DNA of 64,000 bases from Scenedesmus sp. PABB004 (GCA_014905635.1 JABVCE010000016.1:434001-498000), one strand, 5' to 3'. Positions 48,511 through 61,442 are shown, counted from the first letter of the stretch. Numbers and translations: made by a program. The notes: generated by a model from the sequence alone, not told the origin.

Positions 48511-51475
48511 TCAGTAGTACTTGAGCACGAGCGTGTGCGAGCGGTTGTCGGTGGTGACGACGCGCACCGACACGCAGTCGCCGCGCGCGGCGCTGCGGCT
48601 CGTCGTGCGCAGCGAGTAGGTCCCGCCGACGCCGGCCGCGCACGCCTCGGCGCCCCACGTGCGCGCGCGCTTGTACTCGAGGCGCTCAAACTCGGCGCCG
48701 CGCGGGCAGGTCACGGTCTTGGCGGCGTCCATGTCGAGCTCCTGGATCACGCGCACACCCGCGGGCGGGCACGCGCCGCCCTTGAGCAGCAGGGGCAGCT
48801 CCACGGTGCCCATGCGCGGGACCTCAAAGTTGCCCGACACGCCAAACTCGACCGCCCAGCGGCAGGCCGAAAAGCCGCCGGCGAGCGTCTGCGCCTCAAA
48901 GCCGCGGCCCGCCGCGCAGGAGCACGCCGAGTTGCTCTCGCGCGCCTTGGTGCCGAGCGCGGCGGAGCAGGCGCAGCCGTCGCGCGCGCTGCAGAGGCCG
49001 GGAACCTCGCAGGTGCCCCAGATCTCCACGCCGCAGCGCGTGGTCTTGGGCTCGGCCGCGGCCTTGGCGGCGGCGGCCTTGCCCTCAGCGATGGCCTTGG
49101 CGTTGGCCGCGGCCTTAGCGTCCGCGGCGGCCTTGGCCTCGGCGGCCGCCTGGGCGTCCGCGGCGGCCTTGGCCGCGTCGGCGGCGGACACGGCCTCGTC
49201 GGCGGCGGCCGCGCTCTGGTCCTCGGCGGCCAGCGCCTCATCGGCAGACGCCACGGCCTCGTCCGAAGCGGCCTGGGCGCCGTCGGCGGCGCCCGCCTGG
49301 GCGGCGGCCGCCTGGGCGGCGGCCGCAGCCGCGGCGGCCTGGCGCTTGGCGGTCAGGCTGCGGGCGGGCGGGTGGCAGCGGTGCGTCAGCGGTCAGTCGC
49401 AGGAGCCAGAGGCCAGCCGGGAAGCAGCCGCAGCGGTCTGACCGCTCACCCCGCGGGCTCCAGGAGGGACTGCGCGGCGGCGGCGGGCGCCGGCGCGGCC
49501 GGCGCCGCCACGGGCGCGGCGGGCGTGGTCGTCGGCGCCGCCACGGGCGCGGCGGGCGTGGTCGTCGGCGCCGCCGCCGCGGGCGCGGCGGGCGTCGGCT
49601 CCGCGTGCTGCACGGAGCCGTGGGGCTCAGTGGTCACGGGCGTCACGGGCACAGCGGCGACGGGCTGCACCGGCGCCGCCGGGGTGGCAGGCGCCACGGG
49701 CGACGCTGCGGCAGGCGTCGCCGGGGTGGTGGGCGCAGCCGCAGCGGGCGTCGCAGCCGGCGCGGTCGCAGCAGGGGCGGACGCCGTCGCCACGGGCTGC
49801 GTGGCCGCGGCGGCGGGCGTGGGCGCGGGCTTGGCCGGGGGCACCGCCACCGGCTGCGCGGCGGGCGCGGGCGCGGCGGGCTTCGCCGCCGGGGCAGCCG
49901 GCTCCCTGCGCGGCGCGGCGGCGGCGAGCGGTCGGTGGGTCGGTCGGTGGGCGGCCGGCCCGCCGAGCGCGCGCGCGCGCGCGCGTGCAGCAGTCGCCGC
50001 CCGCCCCCCGCCGGCCCGCCGCGGCCCGCCGCACGGGCACGCACTGCAGGGCCGCCTGCGCGGGCGCGGGCGCGCCGAGGAAAGGCGCGAGCAGGCCCAT
50101 GTCGGGGATGACGGGGGCGGGCTCGGTGGCGGGGTCGTAGAAGGGCACGGCGATGAGGCGCCCGCTCGCGTCGCGGCGATAGGTCACCAGGTTGGCAAAG
50201 GGATCAGACGCAGATGCGGCGGGCACGCTGCGCGCGTCGGCCGGCGCGCGGCCGCGGGCGGGCGGCGCGGCGCGGCAGTGAGTGAGCTGGCGCGGCGCGG
50301 CGGCGGCGGCGCGGCATCGCGCTCGCGAGGGCGGCCGCGCTCACCCGGCCGCGGGCGCGGGCGCGGGCGCGAGGGGGCTGGGCGCGCCAAAGCCCATGTC
50401 CTCCGCGTCCCACGACGGCATGACGTCGACCAGCTGCGCAGCGCCGTCGGGCGCGGCGCCGCCCGCGGCGGCGGCGGCGCCCGCGGTGGCGGCCTTGGCG
50501 GCGGCGGGCCGGGCGGCCCGGCGCGGCATGACCACCACCTCACTGTCGGTGTGGGGCCCCGCGCCGCCCATCACGGCGGCGCGGACGGGCTTGGCGCCGG
50601 GCGCGGCCTTGCGGCCGGCGGCGGGCTGCGGCGCGGCCTTGCGCCGCGCCGCGGGCTGCGCCTTGGTGGCCGCGGGCTTGCTGTCGGCCGCAGGCTTGCT
50701 GTCGGCCGCAGGCTTGCTGTCGGCCGCGGGCTTGGGCGCGGCAGCCGCAGCCGCAACGCTGGCCGTGGGCTGCGGTGCAGCGGCCGCGGGCTTGCTGTCG
50801 GCCGCAGGCTGCGGTGCAGCGGCCGCGGGCTTGCTCTCGGCCGCAGGCTGCGGTGCAGCGGCCGCGGGCTTGGTCTCGGCCGCGGGCGCGGCGGTCGCAG
50901 CCGCAACGCTAGCTGCGGGCTGCGGGGCGGGCGCGCTGCAGGGGCGGTGCGGCGGCACGCGGCGGGGGTGAGGGCCTGGGCGCGAGGCCTGCAGGCGGGG
51001 CCGCGTGCGTACGCGGCCGCACCTCTTGACCTCAGTTGCGGCGGCGGGAGCCGCGGCCAGCGGCTGGACCGGGGCCTGGATTGGGGCCAGGGGCTGGGGA
51101 TCTGCGGCGCCCCGCAGGGTGGGTGTGTGAGCCGCACGCGCGGCAGTACGCGCGGGAGCCTCCGCGCAGCTCGCAGCGCCGATCTGGCCCGAAGCAGCTC
51201 GTCTGAGCTCGTCAGCGCGGCGCAGCAGCGCGTGGGGCTCCCAGCACAGCCGCCAGGCGGCGTTAGGTGCGCGCTGCCAGCGCCGCCGCGGACGGCCCCC
51301 CAGGCGGCCCAGGACGCGCCGCGCCCGTGCGAGTGAGCTCACCGTGCTGCGGGTGGTCCACCACGACGCTGAGCGGGACCTGCGCGCTCGGCGCGGGCTC
51401 CGCGCCCAGCGCGCCAAACGCCGACGCGGCCAGCAGCAGCACCACGGCGCCCAGCGCCGCGCGGGAGCGCCTCAT
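48511..51475 (-). CDS. Secreted Ala/Pro/Lys-rich repeat protein with a Cys-rich, beta-rich C-terminal domain; spliced
   Basis: Signal peptide MRRSRAALGAVVLLLAASAFGALG; KPAADS and PAAAAPQ repeats, PAAP/TTPAAP repeats, Ala-rich helix, C-terminal CGVEIWGTCEVPGLC...CVSVRVVTTDNRSHTLVLKYY*. Confidence 0.7.
50675..50925 (-). repeat. Coding minisatellite: 18-bp (KPAADS) and 39-bp (KPAAAAPQPAAxS) units
   Basis: Repeated ggcttgctgtcggccgca and ggctgcggtgcagcggccgcgggcttg units. Confidence 0.8.
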
Positions 51476-51754
51476 CGCGATGATTGCGCGAGACGGGAGC
51501 AGCGCCTGACGCGGCTCACGAGCGCAGGTGTTTCGGCCGTCTGTTTCTGCGCCGCACAGCGCCCGCGCTGTGCTTACCCTGGAGTCGAGTCGAGCTGGGC
51601 AACGGATACCTGCACGCGCGGCCGCGCCACTGATGGCAGCCTGCGGTGCGCACGCGGCGGCACGGCACGCTGGCGTGACGGTCACTCGGGGCGGCGCTCC
51701 CCAGCTCCCCAGCTCCCCAGATTGAGCGCCACCCTGCCTCCCGGGCGCCTTCTC

Positions 51755-54700
51755 TCAGCCCTGCCAGCCCCGCGCGCCGCCGGCGCGCGCGCCGCCGCCC
51801 TTGACGCCGACCTGGCCGCGCGCTGGCGGCGGCGGCGGCGGCGCGCCGTACGCCCCCGCGCCGCTCGCCCAGGCCCCGCCCGCCCAGGCCGCCGGCGCAA
51901 GGGCATAGGGCTGAGGGAACCCCATGCCCATGCCCATCATCGGCAGCAGCCCCGGCCCCGCCATCGGCATCCCCCCGGGCAGCATGAAGCCCGGCGGCAG
52001 CATGCCGCCCGCAAACTGCAGCGCCGCGCCGCCCGCCGGGGCGGCGCCGCGCCCCGCCGGCGCGGCCCGCCCGCCGCGCGCCCCGCCGGCAGCTGCCGCG
52101 CCGCCAGGCACGAGCGCGAGCCCGGGCGGAAGGAAGCCAGGCGGCATGAACCGAGCCAGCGCCGCCGCCGGCAGCCCACCAGCGAGCGCGGCCGGGCCGC
52201 CGCGGCCCGCGCCGGGCCGCCCGGGCCCAGCGACCTGCCCCGGTGCCAGGTGCCCCGGCGCGCCGTGCATCAGCATCAGGCTCAGCAGCGCGGGGTTGGC
52301 CATGCCCGCCGCTGGGGCCGCCAGCTGGCCGCCGAGCTGCTGCTTCCACGCGGGCACGAACCCGCCCCACACGCCCGGCGCGGGCGGGCCGCCGACGGCG
52401 CCGCCGCCGCCGCCGAGCGCGGCATGGCTGCCCGCCGCCGCCAGCGCCGCGGCGGTGGGCGCGGCGGCGTGGCCGCCGCCCCTGGGCGCGGCCTTGCCCG
52501 GCACCGGCGACCCGCGCGGCGCGCCGGCGCCGGGCGCGAGCCTGCCCGGCGCCGGTGCAGGCGCGGGCGCGGCCGCGCTCGCGCGCGGGCTCGAGCGGCC
52601 CGCCGCGGGGCGCGGGCTGCCGCGGCCGCCCGCCAGCGCCCCGTGCTTGGACTTGAGCGCCGCCCCGGCGCTGCCCGCGACAGCGTTGGCTGACGCAAAC
52701 GTGCCCACCGCCACGTCCAGCGCCGCCAGGCCGCCGTCGGTGGAGGAGCGCCGCCCCGCGGTGGCGCCCGCGGCGGCCACCCGCGTGGTGGCACCGGAGC
52801 CGAGCTTCACCGGCAGCGGCGGCTTGCGCACCACCACGCCGCCGCCCTGCTCGCCCGCCTGCCCGGCCCCGCCCACCTGCGAGCGCTGGCGCCGCAGGCT
52901 GCGGCTGCCAGCAGCGCGCCACGGGCCACCGGCGCCCGAAGACGACGGCGACGGCGGCTGCGCCTCGCCGCGCGCCGGGGCGGCGGCGCCGTACCCGCCG
53001 CCGCGGCCGTAGCCGCCGCCCGGCGCGTGCCAGGCGCGCGGCGGCGCCTGCTGGTGCCGCTGCTCCGCCTCGCCGTACGGCGCCTGCGCCAGCTGGCGCT
53101 CGCTGCCGATGCCGCTGCGGTCCGCCGCTGCGGGCGGGCTCCCGAGCGCCGAGCTCGCGGCGCTGCTGTACGCGTAGCTCGGCGGCTCGCCCGGCGTGCC
53201 GCCGGCGCCTGGAGAATAGCTGTAGCTCGGCGGCTCGCTGGGCGTGCCGCCGGCCGGCGCGTAGCTGTAGCTGGCGTGCAGCTGGAAGCCGAGCGAGGGG
53301 TCGAGGGCGTGCGGCGCGTACGCGCCGGCCGCGCGGCCGGGCGAGCCGTACCTGCGCGCGCGTGCGCAGGCGGCGCCGGCGGCGGCGGCGGCGCACGGGC
53401 AGCCGTGGGCTGCGGCCGCCAAGGGGCGCCGCCGCGCCGCGCTGCCGTCGACGACGCAGCCTGGCCGCCGCGCCGCGCGCACCTGTGCGCCTCGCCGCCG
53501 GCGCTGCGCAGGTAGGGCGACCCCGGCGCGGCGGCGGGGCTGAGCGCGCCCGCCGGCGACTTGGCGGGCGAGGGCGGGCCCATGCTGCCGCGGCTGCCGA
53601 TGTTCCAGTTGAGCCCAGCCCGGCTGCTCCTGATGCTGCCGGGCGTCGCGTCGCCCGGCTCGTGGCGCGCTTGTGCGTCGGTGCCGGCAACGGGGCCGCC
53701 CCGGCCCAGGTCCAGGCCGCCGGGGGCGCCGCCGTCTGCACCGCCGGCCAGCCCCGACGGCTCCACGAGGGCGCGGCTGGCGGCCTGGGCCATCGCCGCG
53801 TCCACGCCGCCCAAGAGGGCGCTGAGCGGCACGACGTGGCGCCCCTGCCGCCCGTCCTCCTCCTCCGTTGCCTCCTCCTGCTCCGCCGCGCCGCCGCCGC
53901 CGCCCGCCTCGCCGCTCGCGACCATCTGCAGCGACATCTTGATCGCGCGCTGCTGCAGCACCTGGCTCTGCTGCTGCAGCCGCCGCGACTCCTCCTGTGC
54001 CGGGCGGCGCGCGAGGCAGGCGCGGGCGGGGGTGAGGCGCCCGAGCAGCAGCGGGGCGGCGGGGGGTGAAGGGGAGGGGCGTGCACACGCGTGCCTGCGC
54101 GCGCGCGGCCGCGGCCAGTCCCCCAGCGCTCACGTGCAGCTGCGCCAGCTGCGACGCGATCGCGCGCGAGCGCTCGTCGCCGTCGTCGCCGTCCTGCCCG
54201 CCCGCGCCGGCCGCGTACGCTGCGAGCTCGGCGTCCAGGCCAAACGGCAGCGCGGCCGGCTGCGCGCCGGCGGCGGCGGAGCCCCCCGCCGCGCCAAAGC
54301 CGGTGCCGGCCGCGGCGGCGGCGGCCGCCGCGGCCGAGCCGGCGGTGGGGCTGCAGGCGCTGGCGCCGGCGCTCGAGTCCTGGCCCAACAGCTCCCGCCT
54401 GATCTGCGGCGAGTCCGGCCACGGCGAGACCCTGCGGCGCACGGCGGTCAGGCGGCCGCGCACGAGCACAGGCCAGCTCCCGCGCGCGCCCTGCGCTGGC
54501 CCCACCTGCTGGCCTCCGCCGCCACGGGGTCGTACGAGCCGTGGTCGCTGCCGCCCGCCGCCGGCGGCGCGGCGCGGCCGGGCGCGGCGCCCGCGACGCC
54601 GGCCGCGCCGGCTGGCTGCGCCGCCGCAGCTGCCGCCGGCGCCGGCGAAGCGGCCGCGCCGCCCGCGGAGCCTGGCGCGGCCGCGGGGGGCAGCGCCAGC

Positions 54701-55673
54701 GGCGGCCGGGCGCTGCCGGCGGCGTCGACGGCGTCGCTGCGGCGCGGCGCGGCTGGCGGGGGCGGGGCACAGCCGTCTTCGTCGCTGTCGTCGGCCTCTC
54801 CGCCCGTGCCGTGAATCTCGCTGAAAATCTTCTGAATCTCTTCGGCCTCGCCGGCGTCGGCCGCGCCGCCGTCCAGCGCGCCGTGCATCTGCGCCGGCGG
54901 CCGGCTGCCTGCAGGCGGCGCAGGCGGAGCAGGAGGGGGGAACGAGGCGGGGGGAGCTCAGACACCGCGCGCGGGCGCACCCGGCCGACCGGCCCAACGG
55001 CGCGTGCACGCGTGTGCGGCCGCCCGGCCGCTCACCCGGCAGCTCGCTGCCCTCGGCGGAGAGCGCGTCCAGCGCGCTGCCCTCCGCCAGCAGCGCGCGC
55101 AGCCGGCGGCTGCCGTGGCTGCTGCTGCCCACGTGCGCGCCCAGACTGCCCGCGGGCGCCGCCGCCGCGTCGCCGTCGGCGGCCGGCGCCAGCTTGCGCT
55201 TGGGCGGCGGCGCCGCGCCCGCCGCGCCCGCCGCGCCGGCCGTGCCGGCCGTGCCGGCCGCCGCTGCCGGCCCAGGCCTGGCCGCCACCGCGCGCGGCTT
55301 CCTCTTGGCCGGCGCCGCCACGGGCGCTGCCGGCTGGCCCGCGGGCTCGGCCGCGGCAGGCTCGGCCGTCGGCGCGGCCGCGGCCTCGGCGGCGGGCTCG
55401 GCTGCAGGCTCGGCGGCCGCCGGAGCCGGCGGCTTGGCCGACGCCCTGGCCGGCGCCGGCCGGCGCTTCGCGGGCGGCTTGGCCGGCGGCGCCGGCGCCG
55501 GCGCCGGCGCGGCGGCCGCGGGCTCGGGCGCCTGCGCGCGCAGCAGCGTCGTGGGCGGCTGGGCGGCGTCGCGCGCGCGCGCCGCCCGCAGCTCGTGTTA
55601 GCTCCCAGGGGCCTCCCCGCACCTGGTCAGGCGCGCCGCCAGGCCCGCCGTCGACGGCGGCGCCCGGGTCCAT
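51755..55673 (-). CDS. Large low-complexity, probably disordered hypothetical protein; spliced
   Basis: ATG at 55673 (MDPGAAVDGG); coding-like exons (SRRLRALLAEG, EEIQKIFSEIHG, QIRRELLG, RAIKMSLQM, SYSY repeats, GMLPPGFMLPG) bounded by splice-like sites; no domain recognised. Confidence 0.55.
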
Positions 55674-56117
55674 TTCGGCCGGCGCGCCGCGCTGCTCGCC
55701 GCCGGCCGGCGGCTCCGCCGTGGCTCGCCTGCGGCTCAGGCAGCTCACCCAGCGCTTCTCTCGGCCAGGCGTGGAGCGTGGCGCGGGGGCGCCGCGCGTG
55801 GTGGCTGCGGGCGCGCGCTGGTCCGCGCTGGTCGCCGCGCGCCGCAGCGAGAGGGGCGCGGGCGAGCCGCTGCTCAGCGGCGCTGGCGAGAGGTGTGGTG
55901 ACGAAGCCGAGCTCCTGGCGAGCTCGGTGGGCGGGGCACGCGGTCTCATGCCCCGCGCGCGCTGTGCAGCTGCCAAAGCACCTGCCTGCGCTCGGTCACG
56001 ACCCTCGTCACGCTCGGTCACGAACCTCGCCAAGCGCAGCGCCGCAGCGACCCCACGCGCCGGCTGCTGCTGCTCCTGCGCCAGCCAGATCGCGCGGCGC
56101 CCTCATTGGCGGCCGAC

Positions 56118-57417
56118 ATGCAGCTCGCAATGCCTGGGCCCGCCTGCCGGGCCGGCGCCCGCAGCGGCCCGCCCAGCGCGCGCGCGGGCCTGCGCGCGAT
56201 GCCGGGGCGCGCGGCGGGCGCCCTGCGGGCCCTGCCGACGGGCGCTGACGACAAGGCGCGACGGGGATGACGCTGTCGCGGCCTCGCCGCGCAGCAGCGG
56301 GCCCTGCGGCGCCCGCGGTGCTGCCGCCGCCGCTGCGGCCGCTGCTGCCGCCGCCGCCGCTCACCGCCGCGCCGGCGGCCGCCGCCGCAGGCGCTGGAGG
56401 CGGCGGCGCTGGAGATGGGCCTGGCCGACCTCGCCCGCCAGGCGCTGAGCGCCGACCCGGAGGCCGCGGCGCAGCTCGCGCGCTACGAGGCCGCGGTCGT
56501 GCGGCTGGAGAAGGCCAAGGCGGCCGAGAAGGAGCTGGAGGCCATCATGAAGGTGCGACCGCGGGAGCTGCTGGCGCTGGCAGCGCAGAGTGGGCTCGCA
56601 TGACAGCCCGGGGGGCGCGCCTGCGCCGGCAGAGAGGGGGCCGCGCCGGCCGCCGGCCGCGACCGCCGCCGGCGCGCGCCCGCACAGGACGCGATGACCG
56701 CGGCGGTCGAGCAGGACGCGGCGGCGGCCGCGGACGCGCGCAGCCGCGCCGACCAGCTGCTCGCCGAGGCCGAGGTCGCGGCGGCGGAGCGCATGCTGCA
56801 GGCGGCGCAGATCGAGTACGGCGCCGCGGCGTCGGAGCAGCGCCGCCTGAGCGCGGCGCTCGGGCAGGTGCGCGCCGCGCCGCGCCGCGCTCGCCGCGGG
56901 CGCGGGCGCGGGGGCGCGCAGCAGCAGCGCGGGCGGCGGCAGCCCGAGCCGCCGCACCGCCGCGCGCGCGCGCCGCGCGCAGGACGGCGAGCGCGTCGAG
57001 TCGGGCAAGGCCGCGGCGCTCGCGGCGGCGGGCGGGCTGCTCGGCGCGCTGCCGTTCCTGCTCGCGTCGCCGGCGCCGGGGCTGGGTGCCGCGCTGTCGC
57101 TCGCGGGCAGCGTGGCGGGCTGCGTGCTCATGGGCGTGACGTACCGCTACGCGGTGCGGCAGGACGACACCAACGCGCAGCTGCGCGGCGGCGTGGTCGC
57201 CGCGTTTGCGCTGGTCAAGGCCGCGGGCGCGGCCGACGCGCTGCAGGCGGGCGCCGCGGCCGACGGCGCCGCGCCGCTGAGCGCCGAGGTGCTCGGCACG
57301 GCCGCGCTGTACGCGGGGCAGAGCATGCTGCTGTTCGGCTTTGCCGCCGCCGCGCTGGAGGCGGGCTTTGCCAACGGCCTCGTGCGGCGCATGCCCGGCC
57401 GGCAGCAGGCGGAGTGA
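56118..57417 (+). CDS. Conserved plastid-type membrane protein with coiled coil and ERxESxK...GVTYRY motif; 4 exons
   Basis: Transit-peptide-like exon 1, coiled-coil exons 2-3, then GERVESGKAAAL...GVTYRYAVRQDDTNAQLRGGVVAAFALV, resembling a cyanobacterial/plant uncharacterised family from recall. Confidence 0.7.
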
Positions 57418-57920
57418 GCGGCGGGACGGGACGGGCGCAGGATGGCGGCAGGATGGCGGCGCCCGGCGTCCGCATCTGGCGTGGCGGGCGGGCGGCAGTG
57501 AACTACGCCATCCGTGTAGCTAGCGGCCGCGCGGGCGCGGGCGCGCGGTGTGTGTGTGTAGCTTTAAACCTGCAAGGCCATGCCGGCGCGGCGCCCAGCC
57601 TCGTGCGCACGAGCGCGCGGCAGCACCGCGGAGGACCCCTCCGCGCCAGCAGTGGGCGCGGGAGCGGCGCGGCGCCGCCGGCGCCCTGGGCGGCAGCACG
57701 GCGGCGGCGCGCGCAGGGCCGCCTTATATCGAGCGACCGACGGCCGCTCCGAGCAGTCCGGCCTCGCAACAAACGCAAGTGCGCCCAGCCGCCCCAGCAC
57801 ACCGCACGCATGCGCGGCGCGCCCCGACCGGCAGCAATGCTGCAGCAGCAATGCTCTCCCGAATCACTGCTCCCCAACGCCGCGCCGCCAAACCACGGGC
57901 AGGGGCGCGACCGGGGCCGC

Positions 57921-60573
57921 CTAGTGCGCGCTGCCGCGCGCGGCGGCGGCCGCGGCGGCCGCGCCGCCGCCACTGTGCACCTCCTCCAGCTCTTCACGAG
58001 ACCAGCTGGAGGCCTCCGACTGCCGCGCGTCGTGGTACTCCGTCTGCGTTGACGCGGCGCCGCCGATGCTGCTGCCGAGCTCCCCGCCGCCCGACCACCC
58101 GCCGCCGCTGCGCGGGCCGGCCGCGGCCGCGCGCGCGGCCGCGGGGCCGCCGCCCGCCACAAACCCGGCGCCGCCGGGCGCCGCGCCGGCGCGCGGGCTC
58201 GTGAGCTGCAGTTCGCTGCCGACGAGCGGCTGCTGCGGCTGCGGCTGCAGCGCCTGCTTGCCGCCGCCGCCGCCGCCGGCAGCGGCGGCAGCACCGCTGT
58301 TGCCGTTGCTCAGCGCCGGCAGGTCGACGCTCACGTGCTCCGGCGCGACCGGCGGCAGCCACTGGTGCGCGGGCGCCTGCAGCACGCCGTCCGCGCCGCC
58401 GCCACCGCCGCCGAGCGCCGGCGGCCCGTCGCCGGGGCGGGCCGCCCAGTTGTCGCTGCGCCCGCCGGTGCGGTCGATGGGCGCCTGGCGGCCCTGCTCG
58501 GTGAGCGAGTCGTAGCCCTGCGCCGCCTCGGGGACGGCCGCGCCGAGCGCGCCGCGCTGCGCCGCGGCGCCGCCGCCGGCGAGCCCCGCGTCGAGCGCGT
58601 CGGCCAGCGCGGGGCTGTGCGCGCCGCCGTGCGCGCCGCCGCTGCCGCCGCTGCCGTCCAGCGGGCCGGGGCTGCGCATCGGGCTCAGCGCGGCCGCGCT
58701 CCAGTCCGGGTAACCCATCTCCACGGGCACCTTCTTGACCTCGTCCACAAACGCCCTGCGCGCCAGCGGGCCGGCACCGACGACGCCGCGCTCGGCGCGC
58801 CGCCGCCGCGGCGCGCGCGCGCCGCGCCGCCGCCATCTCGCTCGCGCTCTCTCACCTGAACTGCACCTTGCTCGGCGGCACCGGCACGCACCACACGCTC
58901 GCGCAGTTGCGCAGCACGCCCTGGTCGTACGGGTTTGGCACCGCGCTGTGGTTGTACCTGCGGCGAGCGGGGGCGCCGGGCGCGGGCGGCGCGCGTCGCG
59001 GCGGCGGCCCCGCGCGTCGCCTGCCGCGCCGCGCCGCGCCGCGCCGCGCCGCGCCGCGCTGCCCGCGCTGCGCCGCCTCGCACCTGAAATTTTCGTACGT
59101 CGTCTGGTTGGTCGCGACGAGCCAGGTGTGGAAGCCCGAGAGGCCGAAGACAAACCAGAAGAATATGAAGGTGAAGATCATCAGCGCGATCGCGGCCCCG
59201 CTCTGGCCTGGAGGCGGCGGGACGTTCAAACGCGCGGGGCGGGCGCGCGGCGCGATTCGAAAACCGGCGCTCGTGCGCGGCGGCGCGCGACGCCCCGGCG
59301 CGCGGCCCCGCGTGCCCGCGCGCGTGCCGCGTGCTCACTCAGCGTCTGCAGCCAGAGGTTGGTGGCGGGGCCGTCGGCGGCGCCGCCGCCGGCGGCCGCC
59401 GCGGCGGCGACGAGCTCGCGGTGGCGCACGAAGAGCGAGCCGAGCGAGACGCCAAAGGTCCAGGCGATGTAGGCGCTGGTGCTGTAGATGAAGAGCAGGA
59501 AGGTGCGGTAGTTGCGCTGCGGGTGCGCGCGGCCGCAGCGGGGCGCCGGGGTTTAGGGTTCAGGGTTCAGGGTTTTGGGAGTGGGCAGGGCGGGGCGCGC
59601 CCGTGTGTGTGTGGGGGGGGGGGGGGGGGGGCAGGTGCGTGCGCCGGCGGCGCGCCGCCGCCGCGGCCCGCCTGCTGCTGCCACGCACCTTGCCGATGGT
59701 GGTGCCCACCCAGGGGCAGTGGTGGTCGAAGCGCTCGATGCAGTTGTCGTTCACGCTGCAGTGGTGCGCGCGGGGCGGCTGGTAAAAGTGGCACGTGTCG
59801 TTGTACCGAACCGTCACGCGCTGGCCGTTGACCGCCACGTCCTTGGCCCTGCCGGCGGCGGCGGCCGGCGAGCGCGCGGCGGTCAGCGAGCGGCGGCGGC
59901 GGGCGGGCAGGCGGGCGGGCGGCGCCGGGGAGCCTGCTGCAGCGGCTGCGTTGCCCGCTGACTGACGATGCAGCGGCCGAGCGGCGCACCGCGGCTTGCG
60001 GCTCTGCAGCCACTCCTCGTCCGGCTCCTGGCGCGGGAGGATGCCTGGGTCCCGGCACGACGTGAGCAGCAGCATCACCGCGCACACGCACGGCAGCACG
60101 CAGCTGCGGCGGCGCGGCGCGGCGGCGGCGGGCGTCGCTCGGCGGCGCGCCGACGGCCGCTGGCGCGCGGACGCGGTTGGCGCCGCTGGTTGCGCGCCCT
60201 CGCCGCCGGCGGCGCCTGCGCGGGCGCCGCCGCGCCGCACCTGACCACCAGGATGGCGGGCGAGACGCGCGCGGCCATGTAGGGCGCGACCAGCACCAGG
60301 AAGACCGCCGTCGGCGCCGCCAGCAGCACGAGCGAGCCCAGCCCGCTCTTCCAGCTGGGGCCCGTCACGCAGTGGCCCCAGCAGAAGAATCGCTGCGGCG
60401 GCGGCAGCGGCGGCGGCAGCGGCAGCGTGGGCGGCGCGCGCGTGCTGCCCGGCGCTCGGCGCGCTCGGCGCACGCGCTGCGCTGGCCCCCGGCGTGTGCA
60501 GGCGGCGCACCTCATTGCCCTGCCACTGCTCGTACACCCGCAGGCGGCGGGCGTCGGCGCGTTTGCTCGCCAT
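57921..60573 (-). CDS. DHHC protein S-acyltransferase (plant PAT / Erf2-like); spliced
   Basis: RVYEQWQGNE/RFFCWG..GP, TSCRDPGILPR, PPRAHHCS..DNCIERFDHHCPWVG..IGK/RNYR.F, FHTWLVATNQTTYENFR/Y, NPYDQG..RNC. Confidence 0.93.
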
Positions 60574-61442
60574 CAGGCAGCTGCCCTAGTCATACAGCGT
60601 CTCCACGGCGCACACGCAGCGGTGCACGGGTCCAGCGCACTTGGGGCCGTGCTCCGGACCGCCCAGCGAGGCGGACAGGGACGCCAGGCCTGGCGCGGGC
60701 GGGGCGCAGGCCGGCCCGCTGCTGTCGGGCGCGCGGGCCTGCAGGCCGAGCGACAGATCAGGCACGCCGTGAGGCGCCGGAGGGTGGGCCACGAGCGCGT
60801 AGGCGCGCGAGGCGGAGAGCGGCGACAGGAAGGCCTCGGGCGTTCTGCCGCTGCTCAGCGCCTCCATCCGGCCTGACGCATAGCTTCGGCGGTGGAGCGT
60901 GTCGTGCTGCCGGCGGTGGGCGAGGCGGGGCGGCCGCAGGCGCGATCGCGGGGGCGCTTGGGGCGGACTGCCGAACCGGGCGACTGGGGCTGCAGCAGCG
61001 CTGGGCGGGGCCGCGGCTTGTCCAACCGTGGAGGGGGGACGGCGGCGCTGCTGTCGAGCAGTGAGCGGGGCGGGCGGGCGCAGGCCCCGCAGGGGCGGGG
61101 CGCCGCCGCTGCACCGCCGCTGCTGCGACAACTGACAGCGCGGCGGTCAGCGCCCGGCCAGGCGCATGATACCACCCTCGATCCTGATCTGGGCGCAGGC
61201 AGGACACCCGGCTCGCGCCGCACGCGCGCACGCAGCAGCGCCCGTCGCGAGCGCTCGCGCCGCCACCGCTGCTGGCTCGGCCGTGGATGCTGCTGGCCGC
61301 CGGCGCCGCAGCCAGCAGCAGCAGGCGGGCGCTGCTCGCGGTCGCGTGCGCCGCAGCGCCCGGCCGGCGCGGGGCGGCGGCGGCAGCGGCATCGCCGGCG
61401 GCGCGGCAGCAGCGCCGCGGCGGCGGCCGCGCGCACCGCGCG

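Noticed and set aside
50675..50925. CRISPR-like array
   Set aside because: Repeats are in-frame coding units without unique spacers; no cas genes; eukaryotic context.
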